Shown here piece after piece: positions 13,454 through 26,590 of a stretch of DNA of 64,000 bases. The stretch's first letter is position 1; every line of letters starts with the position of its first letter. A program made the position numbers and the translations under genes. Source of the stretch: Phoronis australis (lineage: Eukaryota > Animalia > Phoronida); contig NMRA01000002.1 in assembly GCA_002633005.1 (NCBI GenBank), positions 512,044 to 576,043 of the forward strand, written 5' to 3'. Below the pieces are notes generated by a model that saw only the letters and a list, made by a program, of their open reading frames with translations, had not been told where the DNA came from and did not search any database.

Positions 13454-14708
13454 TATAAAATATGCCTTGAAAGCCACTGCAGAAACATTCTCGTTGTTTA
13501 GAGCAAGCTTGGCTTATACGACTGACACCGTTTAGAGAACCACCACAAGATAGGAAATATAGCTGCACTGAAACCACCTTCCATTGTCTTAGCAGTCACA
13601 TGACTGCACCAGTGGAGTGCAACAAGAAACAATATTAAACTTTCAGGAGCACCGGTGCACTGGCCTACTGTAGCAGATTTTTACTTTACGAACAAAAAAC
13701 AGCTTGAAATACACTAGAACATTTTTATCAGAGAACTCAGATCAAACCCATTNTACTTTCGTGAAACAAAGCCCTGGTGAGATCACAAACCATAGGCTGA
13801 GTGACTTATAAGTCGTGAATAGATTACCCAAGTGCAGCCATGCGGCCGAAGTATTCATGAGCCTGGTCACAGAACTGATTGCCCATCGCTAGTTACACTT
13901 GTGATCACAGCCTACTTAAAGATCAAATCAAATCAAACAAACCTAAAAATAGTAATTAAATTACTAATACTAACTACTTAAATTAAAATCAGTTAAAACG
14001 ACCTACGTCTTGTAATTCCGTAAAAGCTGACACAGAAAAAATGTACAAAGAAAAGTTCATTTTTAAAAGTTGTTTTCAGCATTTGTTGCACTCCTTAACT
14101 ATGACAACCTTTAATTGTTCTTAACTGAACAAAAACGGCAATAAAGTCTTAACATGCTTTTTGATTTTGTCAACACTAATATTTTTCAATACTGCAGCTC
14201 AAGTGTAACTTGGCAACTGTTTTAGGTCAGGCTTAAATATACCATGTTTTCACAACAAGTAATAGAACCAGTAATATCAACAGCCTCATTACTATTAAGA
14301 TGCAATATCAGATAAATTCTGTGGGATAACCAAGGCAGACTGGTGTATAAGTATCCACAACATGAACTTTGACCCAAGGCCCACTCAGAAAAATGTATGA
14401 ATCTAGGTCACGTGCAGCAAAGAAACTGCCACATTTCAAAGAAGGCCAACCCTTGAGCTTGAGACAAAGTAAGCTCCAATTCATGTGTTATGAAACAGTC
14501 AACTATTAGGGAAACTGAAACTATATCCAAACATGGTTTGTAAGACCAATTCATTGACCGTCCATAAGAGCAGTGCCTCGACAACAAGGCAGTGTTCCAT
14601 AGCCTTGAGACACTCATGAGAAAAGCTAGCTTGATCAAGTGCTTTAGTTGTAGTGCATGACAATATATCACTAAGTCTTACATGATCTTGCATTTTCATG
14701 AGTTTCTT

Positions 14709-14872
14709 AGGTCTGCTGAACACAACCCGCGTCAAGCCTCTACATACAACAAGGTCTGCAGAAAACAACCCAGGTCAAGCCTCTACATACAACAAGGTCT
14801 GCAGACAACAACCCAGGTCAAGCCTCTACATACAACAAGGTCTGCAGACAACAACCCAGGTCAAGCTTCTAC
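14709..14872. repeat. 43-bp VNTR, about 4 units (copy B)
   Basis: Same unit, anchors at 14733, 14776, 14819 and 14862. Confidence 0.95.
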
Positions 14873-15221
14873 TATAAAATATGCCTTGAAAGCCACTGCA
14901 GAAACATTCTCGTTGTTTAGAGCAAGCTTGGCTTATACGACTGACACCGTTTAGAGAACCACCACAAGATAGGAAATATAGCTGCACTGAAACCACCTTC
15001 CATTGTCTTAGCAGTCACATGACTGCACCAGTGGAGTGCAACAAGAAACAATATTAAACTTTCAGGAGCACCAGTGCACTGGCCTACTGTAGCAGATTTT
15101 TACTTTACGAACAAAAAACAGCTTGAAATACACTAGAACATTTTTATCAGAGAACTCAGATCAAACCCATTGAGCTCCTATTATCACGAGTTTTGACCTA
15201 GTTTCTGACAACTAACTCCTC

Positions 15222-15500
15222 TCACAACAGCTCGGCGTGTTTTAGATTGTCCTTGATGATACTCTCCATAACCACCTGGAACACAACTTGAATATTGCTC
15301 GTGTCTGTTGCCGTGGTAAAGTGAGGGTACACAACTTTTGTAGGGTTCTTATTGGCCCGTTGGTATAAACCCTGAATAAACATGGCCGCCCGATCGACAT
15401 CACGGTCTGGTCCTGTGTATGCTGGGTAGTAGTATCGAAGATGTCTTTCTGAGTAGAGAATTTTCTCTTGGAACAAATCCAATTTGTTCAAGAACAAAAT
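15222..15500 (-). CDS. GNAV1: G-protein alpha subunit, Gv class, last coding exon
   Basis: cttcag|ATT acceptor. ILFLNKLDLFQEKILYSERHLRYY...HFTTATDTSNIQVVFQVVMESIIKDNLKHAELL*, with G4 (NKxD) and G5 (TTATDT) boxes. The RHLR and VFQVVM segments resemble fish Gv. Confidence 0.9.
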   Translation of the reverse strand: MLFLNKLDLFQEKILYSERHLRYYYPAYTGPDRDVDRAAMFIQGLYQRANKNPTKVVYPHFTTATDTSNIQVVFQVVMESIIKDNLKHAELL

Positions 15501-15797
15501 CTGAAGAAAGAGTGTTTTAACAGACATGAACACCAGACTCTGAGCAGCGACATCAAAAAAGACATATTACAAACAAAACAAAATTCCTTTAATGAAATCA
15601 TATTATGAATTCCTTTACACAAGCAAGACAGTACATGACGCTATATAATGGATTTTAATAAAAAAATAATTCCTCCAAATGCTGCAGGCTCACAGTTTCA
15701 ATTGCAAGAGTAATATTTTTGGTTTTAACTGCAGTGAGGACTATCATGTAGAGAATTCATAAAAATGATGTTGTAATGTTAGTAAAAATAAACTTAC

Positions 15798-15869
15798 AAT
15801 GGAAGTTTCTTTGAAGAACCTGTTGTTACAGATTGATGTAAACAACTGCAAACTTTCTTGTAGGCGATT
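15798..15869 (-). CDS. GNAV1: G-alpha v, penultimate coding exon
   Basis: tttcag|AAT ... ATT|gtaagt. NRLQESLQLFTSICNNRFFKETSI. Confidence 0.9.
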
Positions 15870-16377
15870 CTGAAACAAGTAAATCAGCGTTATCTCACAT
15901 TCTACCTGATGAAATAAAAAACTGAGCCACACGTCACCACATCGCTGCACAACAGTCTTTTCTCTTTGTCAAGGAAATTTGGGTTTGGTTTTTGTACCAC
16001 AAAATCTTTAGGAGCTTGGCCAAGGACCAATTTTGGGGGGTGATACCCTGTGCCTATGCTTCATCTGCCCAGCAGGGGTGATTTTAGAAAACATGTGTAT
16101 GGGTCAATTGAACCATATAGTCGGTGGGCCAGATTTTGTAGGACCTCTAGAAAATGGTTTTTGTGAGTACTTTAGGGGGGCAATTTTATTTTGGTGTTTT
16201 TTAGTTCATTTATTAGAGTGTTTTAAAAATCTAAAAAGTTCCCACATATAAAGTTGCACATTTTTGAGAAATTTGAGTTTGAAGTTACCTAATAATCACC
16301 AAAGAGCTTAGTAAACTTATATTTGTAAAAACAACAGTTTTGGTGACTTTTTTGTAAAACAAGTAATATGGTCCCAN

Positions 16378-16407
16378 GAACATATTCTCTCCATGTTCTC
16401 AAAATAA
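16378..16407 (-). CDS. GNAV1: G-alpha v, start of exon 5, truncated at the N at 16377
   Basis: tttcag|T TAT TTT GAG AAC ATG GAG AGA ATA TGT TC = (Y)YFENMERICS, in phase with the preceding exon. Similarity stops at the N. Confidence 0.85.
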
Positions 16408-17455
16408 CTGAAACGGGACAGAAAAAACGCAGACAATTGTGTGATCACAACACGGACAATTGCATTATAATACAAATAGTTACTGTCATTGCTATGCTAA
16501 TAATTATCACTATTATAGTTATATAAATCAGCGCTCGACACTAACCTAAACGCCAAGTCTCGACCTGTTTGGCAAAATCTAGCGCTGTAATTATAAGAAT
16601 AATATTCACAACAATGACCATAACAATAACAATAAATACTGTTATTATGACTGTTATTATTGCTATTATGACAGTCATCGTCATTGCCAGAGCAAAAAGA
16701 CACCCGATCACTTTAGGGATTTTCGTAAGCCAAGTGCAAAATGAACAGTGGGGTAAAGGGTAAACGGTCCCACACATGCTTTTAAAATGTTTCTAAAAAT
16801 GCCATTGGAAGTCATTTAGAGGGAGGAAAATCAGCAACTCTGTATACACTCCTTCTGAATGAAGAATGTGGTTTTCTATGTTGTTTTTTATGCCCCAGCT
16901 CAGAACTATCATACATATTTTGATTACTAGGTCAGTTACCTTCCAGCACACAATTTCACTGCGAAGACCTTGAATAAAATAATCTAAAAAACAATTTCAA
17001 TTTACAGGTGAAAAGCCAAGTGGACCAGAAAAATTAGAATGGAAAATGTCCATTTGAGTGGTAAATACAAGCATGCTCTTTGCTCCACGCTATAGTAAAC
17101 CGACTCTGTTCTTCAAATAATTTCAAAAATGCATTCCAGTATAATTGACGGCTATCAGGACCAACAAAAAAGATAAACCATTCAGAACATCACTTGACAA
17201 GTACAATCATTCAGACCTCAGATATTTAAAAACACATAGCCATAAATAAAAATCCACAATGCTACCATCAGTTTTAGACCATTATAAATTGAAAAGAAAC
17301 AAAAAAAGAGCCGTATCAAGTATCTGGCCATTCACCACGCCAAAGATTATAATCTCTGAAACAATGTTGCAAAAAGCAGTATGAAAAGGGAAATACACCC
17401 AATATCATCCCATGTGACCAATCTCTCTCTCAGACTGTAGTCCAACAACACTTAC

Positions 17456-17616
17456 TAAATGGCCGAGTCATTGAGCTCGTATTCAAAGCCTCGTGAGACT
17501 GCAGCTCGCACTCCTCGGTCGTTCCACAGACAATGTAGTGAATTGGCAATGTATGGAAGCACGTTGTGTCGCTCGTCAAAGCACTTTTGGCAGGACAAAA
17601 TATTCTGGGCGTGTAC
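17456..17616 (-). CDS. GNAV1: G-alpha v, coding exon 4 (helical domain)
   Basis: ctttag|GTA ... TA|gtaagt. VHAQNILSCQKCFDERHNVLPYIANSLHCLWNDRGVRAAVSRGFEYELNDSAIY. Not in the ORF track. Confidence 0.9.
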
Positions 17617-17662
17617 CTAAAGGAAGAAAAATATACTCTTAGTATATATATATATGTTATAA

Positions 17663-18100
17663 GTGATTTTGATTGAGTTAACTGTGCTGTGGGAGACTAG
17701 GGTGCAGGAGGCTCACAAGAGGAAACTACTCAAGTACGAAGATCTATCGCAGGAATGTGCAGCGAATGGCTGGAAATGCTTCTGTCTTCCCATAGAAGTT
17801 GGATGTAGAGGGTTTATTGCAGGCATCATGAGGCGGATCACAAAGCTATTGGGTATTTCTTCAGGAGGGCGAGCTGATATGTTCCAAGTCTACTATAAGA
17901 GCAGCGGAGGAAGCAACCGTGTGGATGTGGTTATAACGAGAGAACAAATGGCAACCCCACCGTCAGCTGGAGGTCTGGCCACCCTTCAGAGACCTACGAT
18001 CAGAGAAGGTTCTAAGTCAAGGTCGAAACCCACGATAAGATGGACTCCTAGCTGACGACGACGCTGGGTAGCAGATACCACCAAGTTTACAAGTAAGCAG
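17663..18100 (+). mobile_element. 5'-truncated non-LTR retrotransposon, restriction-like endonuclease C-terminus (HERO/R2-like); 3' boundary approximate
   Basis: LIELTVLWETRVQEAHKRKLLKYEDLSQECAANGWKCFCLPIEVGCRGF matches the ELTVPWE...EAHERK..KY..L...GW....PVEVGCRGF pattern. Preceded by a (TA)n tract. The translation loses resemblance after KLLGI, suggesting a frameshift. Confidence 0.85.
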
Positions 18101-18368
18101 AGTTGGGAACGAAACATTCTTAGTCAGACACAGCACCACCATTAAAAAACTCTTAAACAAAATATATGGAGAGAAATTTGGTGGTCTTTAAAACGAAGCC
18201 TGACAATTAATTTCAGTTTTCTTTCAATAGTTTCATAACAAATTTGTAGCTTTAAACAAAATAGTTTGTTGCCTGTTGGTAATGTACACTTTGGTTTAAT
18301 ATGGGTACTCACACCAACATGTACACAACATGTCTACCTTAGCAGTTATAGACCAGGTCTCAACTCCT

Positions 18369-18757
18369 CCGGGGGGGCACTCGGCTATACTTTGATGGGA
18401 GTGCAGCTGGAAAATTAGGATCCCCACCCATTTAGAGAGCGGACACAGACAAATGGGAAGCCAATCTTAGTGAGCTCCTATAAGAAAGTTACCCATTTGT
18501 AGGAGATTCTTCCACAAAATGCCATCTTTTTGAAACACATAACCTATTACAGTGATACTTGGATTTACCAGTCAAGAATCCTGAAAGTTATCTTTGAAAA
18601 GAAATGTTAAGCCTATAGATAACATTAACACGCCTTCTACAGGTTTGTGCCATTGGAAAAAGGAACTATTGTGAGGAACTATTAAACTGGAAAGCCATCC
18701 TTTTGTAGGAAAACTGGTTGTATCACATATACTTCTTCAACGGGAGTACCCCCTAGG
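18369..18757. mobile_element. Non-autonomous DNA transposon with G/C-run termini
   Basis: Left end ccgggggggcactc pairs with right end gagtaccccctagg. Confidence 0.5.
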
Positions 18758-21700
18758 AACCCCACTAAACATTGTTGACAATTTGTAATAGGATACAGCA
18801 GAATTGAGACATGGGTTACAATATGCTCTGTACAACACCACAGGTTATACTGAGACGAAAATGAACAAATACTAGTGTGAGATTGTACACTGTAATTGCA
18901 TTTCACACTTGATACAATGGATGGGAGAAGTCAAGACAAAGTTACACAAATTCTGTTTAAACACAAGGTATTATATTAGGAATAATATTCAGAAGGTTGA
19001 GCGTGGAACCTGAAACAAGCGCATTACAAGCCGCGCCAAACACATTTCAAAGGACTTACGCATACTGCACCTACGTTTTATTTTGATTCTGTTTCGAATC
19101 ACGGAACAACTTTTTTGTGACTGGATACCCAAAAAAGTTAAAATTACAGTAGGCATACATTTACAAAGAAATTTACTTTCATGAATTTAATGTTTAATAA
19201 TATTTATAACAGAAACACTGTGACGCTTGTTTTTACACTTTTTGACACAGTCAAATTTCAGTTTCTCGCAAACGATAACAAGATGTTCTGCAGTGAACTA
19301 TTTCTGGAATATTTTAGTTAATGCACAAGTATACCACAGAACATTTTCAGTTAAACGCAGACAAATTATGGACTATGCCATCACATGGCAGACGAAATTC
19401 GATAGAATAGTATAAATCTATTAGATGAAACGTTTTTATGACAGCACACCAGTTGACTAATAGTAATGAATATGCTAAAAAACTATTAAAACGGTCTTTT
19501 TGTCCTCAATTTCTCGCAATCATTATGCCCAAAAACTAGCATTGTTATACACAAAAGTCCCTGCTGGTATCATCTTTGTAAAATGAGAGCAATGATGATG
19601 TCATACCTGTTTATATTGCAGACGATCACTGGTCACACAGACAGACTGAGCAAACAATATCAGTTGCATTGTGACCAATCTAGTCAATATTTTGAGACAG
19701 GTGAGTAAACACAGGCAATACCAACCAGAAAAAACGTTATTCCTAAAGCTTTGCATTAATTAGATAACTTTAGAAATAGAGTTGAGAAAATCAAAAGTTG
19801 ATAATCTTAGTGTTATGTCTTGGGCTATAATGAAAACAGGTTGCTAAAAATACAGTTATTGATTTGGGTTTGTCTCTGGAATAATTTGATTTCAAAACCA
19901 CCTGGCTGTGCCCAAAGTTCCACAAACAAATAATTCCAGCATTTCTACCTGAATACACAAAAGGCCAAAGATCAAAAAGTATAGTATTAAATACTTATCT
20001 TGAGTTTCCACAAAAGTGAAATGGAAAATGTTTAAAGTGGTTTCAAGTTTAATTTCAAGCACAAAGATTAGACCTTGGACCCAGGGATCACAAGTTGATA
20101 GGACAGAGAATACTCTTGGGAACAAAGAACAATGACTGGTTCCGCATGAATATCAGTGTTCCAAATTGATTCTGAGAAAAACATTTTATGCTCTACATAT
20201 CACTTTACTGGTAAACATGAGATACAAGCATTCCAACTATCTAGCCGATGTTGTGTCTGTCGTTTCTGATAATCGCAGTTTACACTCCCAGTTCATGCAA
20301 TGCTAATTTGAAGTCATGTGCATGCAACTTGTAATCATGTCACTTGACCCAAATCAGCCAGGTAACATACACAGGACATGCCGATTAAAAAATTCACAAT
20401 TTAAGCAGCTACAGACATCTGAAACCTTTGTAAATATCAGCACTCTGTGTGCGGTATTTACCGAGATTGAGGATGGACAAAGCTACTGACTGAATGAAAA
20501 CTGGTAACTCTCCTAATTAAACATTGAACATGTAAACATCATTACTGCTAGAAACCAATAGAATTGTGCATGAATAATTGTAACAAACATGAGTACCAGA
20601 ATAAATTTCAGATATATTAATTTCAAATTTCAATCAAAATTAACTAACAAAATCATTCACAGGCAAGCCAAACTGCCATAAATTCTAAAAACTTCACCAG
20701 GCTGTTGCTAAGCAATGACTGCACAGTACAAAGCATGTCAAAGACAAAGTAAAGCTTTCACGGTACAACTCCTTGTCAAAAATTTTCAGAAATAAATTTC
20801 TACATCCCATCCACATCATAACTTCAATGTAAACATTTTTTTCTGAACCAAAATGACAGTATAACCTGCAAACATGAATAGCATTGCAGTTCTGTGTCAG
20901 AACAGCACTAGGAACAAAACTGTCAACAAATTGACTTTGCTGCAGATAATTGTACAAACAACTCTATCACTCTAGTCACTGACATCTAGGGATTTCCGTA
21001 TCAATTGGTCTGACTATTTTTGCCGTGTACTACATTTGATATTCTAAGTCGCGTAACTGTAGTACATGGCGAAAGCGTTTAGACAAAATGACCTATAATT
21101 CCCGTTGTGACAGCTGGGCGGAAGCCAAAGTCATCATCGAAGTAACTTTCCAACATGACCAGAAATAAAAGAGAATCAACGCGGAAAGTTAGTACAGTGG
21201 CTAAACAATTGGAATTTCACAGTCATAGTAGTCAACTGGTTCCTAGTAGTAGTAAACACCAGTCCAAAAAGGAATTGATGAGACAGTAATGTGACAACAC
21301 CATTCTGTAATTAGCATTTTGTGGCCATAATAATCCTTACCAGTCCATTTAACAGGGAATAGAATTAAAGGTTATGACCAAAAGGCAGAAATAATATTTT
21401 ATAATATTTTGTCCCCATTCCTTTTGTCATGCACTGTATTCATGAAGGGAATGGCTTGTTGCCACAGTAGGTGCAAGGGTTATAAGTATCAGTGAATATA
21501 ATCATGTCATTGTTAGTTTACAAATGAGCCCACTAGAAAACAGCTGGACTAGGACCACTGCAAACATCTACATGCCAGGCTATTGTCCCTGTGATTCATG
21601 TGACTCTCACTCCAGTATTAATAGGCTCTTAATGACAATTTATTGGCATTCAATTGATTATGTAAGGGACTTGGATAGTAGGTGCTTGACATACATCTTG

Positions 21701-22853
21701 AAGAAGTTGGACTGAGGCAGAGTTGACTGTCAGCACAAACTTCAAAATGTACTGACAACATAGCAACCCAGAACGGCTAACTGAACATTAAAAATGTGAT
21801 TGCGTTTTATGTCGACGCGACTGAAACCAAACCAAAATCCAGCAGACTGCTTTGATGTTTTAGAATCTGTATCGGACACGTTTTCCTGTCGTTTTTGCAT
21901 AGGACAACGAAAGTAGAAATGACACCAAATAAAAGTGTTGCAGTTGAAACACACAGGACAAGAGTGACAATAAACCCACCTTCCATCACAAACAAAAACA
22001 CTTGCAGTTTAGAACCCCTGTCCTTATGAAATTGATTTCAAATACTTAGGCATGGTTTCAGGGCTTAGGAACAACTGACAGCTCATTTCTGCTTTAGATC
22101 AGACTGTACAAGTTGGCTTGTCACCACGGAGTCACTTCTCATTTGAGTAAGAACAACTTAAGAAAAATTCTATGGCAGATTTTTTTTTGACAAAATGCAG
22201 GTTTCTGCTGATCTATGACTGTTTGCCCTTAAAACCTCAACTTTGGGCTAACAGTCATCAACATGAAAATTTTCCTGACTGAAAAATGAAAGTACATAAA
22301 GTAGGTGATCAAAAAGTCTATCAAAACTGTACAAAACTGTTTTATTTTCAAAAATAAACTCCAAGTCACGTCAGATTACTCAGATATTCAAGACTTTCAT
22401 AAATTCATACTTCAATCAATTTTCATTTTCTCACAAGTTTGGGGTCTCGTTCAAAATATGGAAACAGTGATCATTTCTGGTCATCACTACTGGTTCAACT
22501 TCACTGAACTTGTCACCAACTTGAGTACGGTCTTACTGAATTCACTTCTATTTAGTCATACATTTGGTCAGCTATGGTGACAAACGATTTTTCATTTTAG
22601 ACAACGGTGAAATATATTTTACAAAAATTTTTGATCACATCATGATTCTGAAGCAAATGACAATATTTGGTGACAAAGAATATAATTTGACAGTGACTTT
22701 CAATACTAAATGCTCAAGGCTGTATAGAAGGGCTTGACCAAAATCGAAGACACTAACCAAAAACAAAACTTATTTAGTCTGCACACAAATCAACATATGG
22801 CTCTTTTGTTTCACTCATTAAAAATGTTGTTGCGTGCTGTCCGTGTCACTTAC

Positions 22854-22946
22854 CTTGTTGTTAGGATTGGCAAGGTTTATGCGTAGAATACCCATACCAT
22901 TGAGAACATACTTCATGGAGTTGAGCATATTGTCCAGAACTGTGGG
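22854..22946 (-). CDS. GNAV1: G-alpha v, coding exon 3
   Basis: ttacag|CCC ... AAG|gtaagt. PTVLDNMLNSMKYVLNGMGILRINLANPNNK, a Gv-characteristic segment. Confidence 0.9.
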
Positions 22947-25900
22947 CTGTAACAGACAGAAAGAGTGGTGTGTAGCAACAACAGAAAGCCTCTCATACCA
23001 CTGCAAAGACTATCAAATGAGTGCTTCTTGTTGGCAACTACGTATACTTCCCCAGAACAACAGGTGGCGTGTGGGTATGTATTGCAAACAGTGTGTCATC
23101 AGCGCTATTGTAATAAGTACTGTAGCATTTTCCTTGTGTTAAGGTTATGCAAGACCTTAGAAAAATTCAAATTTGGCCTAATATATCAGAAATTAGTGAT
23201 CAGACCCGATCCATACGAAACTTTCTGATACTAAGCTCTGTGCACTATTCTCCATAATACCGTTCGGACTTTATTTTAAAATTTTCTACTTCCCCATGAG
23301 GCACTACCAAAAATAGCAACTTAAAGAGGATTTTTATGAAAAAATAAAATGTAAAAATGTAACTAGAGCAGCGACATTGGCATATCATCTTGAACGTCTA
23401 TATCAAACAAAACTGGGTTATGTCACTGCTAACCTTGTTTTGCAAAGATCGCTAATTTCCTTTGTGCTAGAAATTTCACTTGAAAGACTTGGTGATTGGT
23501 CACGTGACCCAATCAACGACATATTGGCATAAAATCATAAATCCAATTCTACAGGCTTTCTGCTTTTAGAAAATAACAACTACTTTCGTGATTTTAATTG
23601 TAGTTTAACATGTATTTGGGTGAATGCACAGACTTAGTCAATAAGGTCTTACATAACTTTACACTGCAGTCTTTGGGACTGGAATGCGAATCCGCATTGT
23701 TGGTGTCAATTCATTACTTTGAAGGGGAACCCAATTATTTCCACAAAAGTTACCAGAAAGTCATTAGTATGCATGTGTTCAAAGTAACACATATTCGCTT
23801 GGCTGAAATGCTACAAGCCAATGAGGGGTTATAAAATTCATGCATCATCATGACACAGCCATCCCAAAGCAATGCCCAACAGTGAGTAAACACAAATCAC
23901 AACATCAGGTCCCAACAGGTTCAGTGATCACCCCTATCTATCTTGATAAGTAAATCCACTTGAAAGGACAGCCTCATGCATCTTTGGATTACCTTGACAA
24001 GCCAGTCTTATCTGTCTCCACCAAACACAGCAACTCAGCTATTGACAGATTAAAATACCCCAATTTATAGTTTAAATACAATGAGTCATGCTCATGTCTA
24101 GGTATTTTACAAGATGGGCATTATCTACCCGGTCTTGTCATACTTGTGAGATCAAAAAAATTCCATGAACCATAGTTTTAAGAATATTGCATACAGCATT
24201 CATTTATAATGCAAAAACTGACCCATGTAATCCCAACTCACGCTACAGATTCTCAGAGGCCCAAGTACAGTACAAGACAAAAGTAATCAGACAAAATACC
24301 GCTTCCCTGTCATAATGGCTAATTTGAGTTTGTTAATAGTAAAAATGACTGGTACCAACTATTAGGGTGGCAAAATTCTAACTGCAGAATGGCTTAAGCC
24401 ACCTTGCTAAATTTCTTGTTAATTCTCTTCATTCTCTGCTTTCTCAGACAATGAATTCGGCTTCTGTCCAACCATCATGACAGTGAATTCCGGGTCATTT
24501 TGTCTAAATACGTTTGGCATATACTACATTTGTACCAATGGCGATTTATTACATCGTTCTCATCAAAAGATTAATCCACAGGCACAACGTTATTGACAGT
24601 AAGCCTTGTAACTTTGGTCTAAATGCCATAGTCATTTACTACTTGACTAAATTTGCATGGGTATCTTCAAAACGTGATTGAAGATCGTTGTGAAATTTAA
24701 TCCCAGGTAGGTGAACACTACACTACACTGTACCACAGTAAAAGACTTGAAAGTAACTGATTGATCAGCGGTTTATTCAAAGTTCAGTTTCGTTACTTAT
24801 CATCAGTTCTGTTTTTTTTATGGAAACCTAAAGGATTTGAACACCTGTGTCAGAATGTGCCCAGAAAACAAATATCATATTGTTGATCTCTTATTCACTA
24901 TGTATATTCTGTTATCAACAGTATTGATCAATAATTAGGTAGCATTACAATGAAGTCAGGGCATCAAAGACATCAAGCCCCAATACACATTGCTCACTCA
25001 CACTGTCCAATGACCATTCATAACAGCCTATCACAATGTCCCCATTGAACAGTGGGTAAACATGTGTTTGCCATTGTCTCATTAACCACATACCACTGTT
25101 CAAGCTGAAGCTAATAAGCCACAGTAATTCAATAGACATAGAATTCCAACTGTTTTCAATTATCTGAGTGTGTTTTGATAAAGCAGTGAGAATGAGACAA
25201 ATTATACAACTTAGGTACTTTAAATTCAGGTCTATGGACTTGACCTCATCCCTGAGTACAATAGGAGTACCATCCAAGAGGACAAAACCACATACAGCAT
25301 TCAGGGTTCCAAATAGAGGCTGGCCTAGTATCCTGGAGCAAGTGGATTTGCAAGTTAACTTGGCACCTGGGCCAGAAAATTTTCAGACTAAATGGCCCAC
25401 AAGCCAGCACATTTATTTGCTGAAGTTCCAGACCAGCAGCCTGTAATCATATTTCACTGGAACAAATGGCAAACACTAAATGTATACCAGTAACAGATAT
25501 TGGTAGTTCTTATTTGTCCAAAGTTGTTTTAACTTTGTTAAAATTTCACCAATTTCGGACAAAATTAATTGCCAAAATATCACTTTCCACACGTTTCTAG
25601 GACTTCTAACACATGAATGATCACAATTTTTTCAAATTATTGTCTGTTGGTGGATATTGTACAGAACTTGAATATGACAAAGCATCATTTTGGCCCTACG
25701 TGTCATTTGTGAAAAAATGAGGAAATATAATTTCAGCTGTCTGTCAAGCTGTGTACCAACTTGCTGAGATTTCACTGTATGTCAAATACAGTAAATATTC
25801 TATAAACCATACTTATCCAAATTACAGGCGAGGACATTTAAAATGAGGAACTAAAAAAACTAGAAAATGGGCATAAAATCGTGCATGGACAATTGAAAAT

Positions 25901-26498
25901 TTTTTGAGAAGTCGAAATACAAACATTGGACATGGGTGCTTAAAAGCGAACATTTCAAATTTCCAAGGGGGAAGGTAAGCGGAGCCTGGAGAACCATTTT
26001 CACAAGCTTAGGCACTATCGATCAACACATGACCCAATACTAAGAACTTTTATCATAGGACCTGTGAAGTGGTATTTACAACTTTCTCTTAGAAACAAAT
26101 TTGTGAGGATAGGAATGAATTGTCTCTGAACCATACAAACTTTGAGAAAATTTGAAGCATAGTAAACCCAGTTTTGCTTTCTGTAAACACAAGTTTTTAT
26201 TCAGGCTACTTTAACCATTATAAACTTGGTCTTAGCCTGCTCCTTACTGTACACAGTTTAGAACAGATATCTGGGCTCAGTAGGAATTAACAATCTAAGA
26301 TATTTCTTAAGAAGGAGATCATAAGCTTTCAGGTTACAGTGCAAAAACGCATATTGACAGAAAACACGACTTCAGTGCAGCTTTAAAACTGGAGTCATCC
26401 AACTCAGTTTATTGACGTCAGAAAATGCCAGAAACATCAGGAAATGAAAAGGCCACCAAGGGAATCAACACCTGTACATTATCAAGTTGTCAACTTAC

Positions 26499-26590
26499 CT
26501 TAAAACTGAGAAGCTCATTAATGGTGAAACCATCATTATGTATTATCTTCATCTGTTTGACTAGCGTGCTTTTACCACTTTCGCCAGCTC
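26499..26590 (-). CDS. GNAV1: G-alpha v, coding exon 2 (P-loop)
   Basis: tgacag|GA ... AAG|gtaagt. (G)[30 protein letters not shown]. Confidence 0.92.

Larger units (their letters stand above)
12245..15171. repeat. Apparent tandem duplication (12245-13752 and 13754-15171) split by a single N; probably two haplotypes
   Basis: Both copies start tactttcgtgaaacaaagccctgg and end tcaaacccatt. They differ by scattered SNPs, small indels and VNTR copy number. The junction is the N at 13753. Confidence 0.9.

Noticed and set aside
12931-14954. Paired near-identical ORFs suggesting duplicated genes
   Set aside because: They arise from the VNTR and the haplotype duplication in the probable 3' UTR.
16497-16777. 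ORFs rich in Ile/Val/Thr or Asn, resembling a transmembrane peptide
   Set aside because: Translation of degenerate (AAT/AAC/ATT)n low-complexity sequence.
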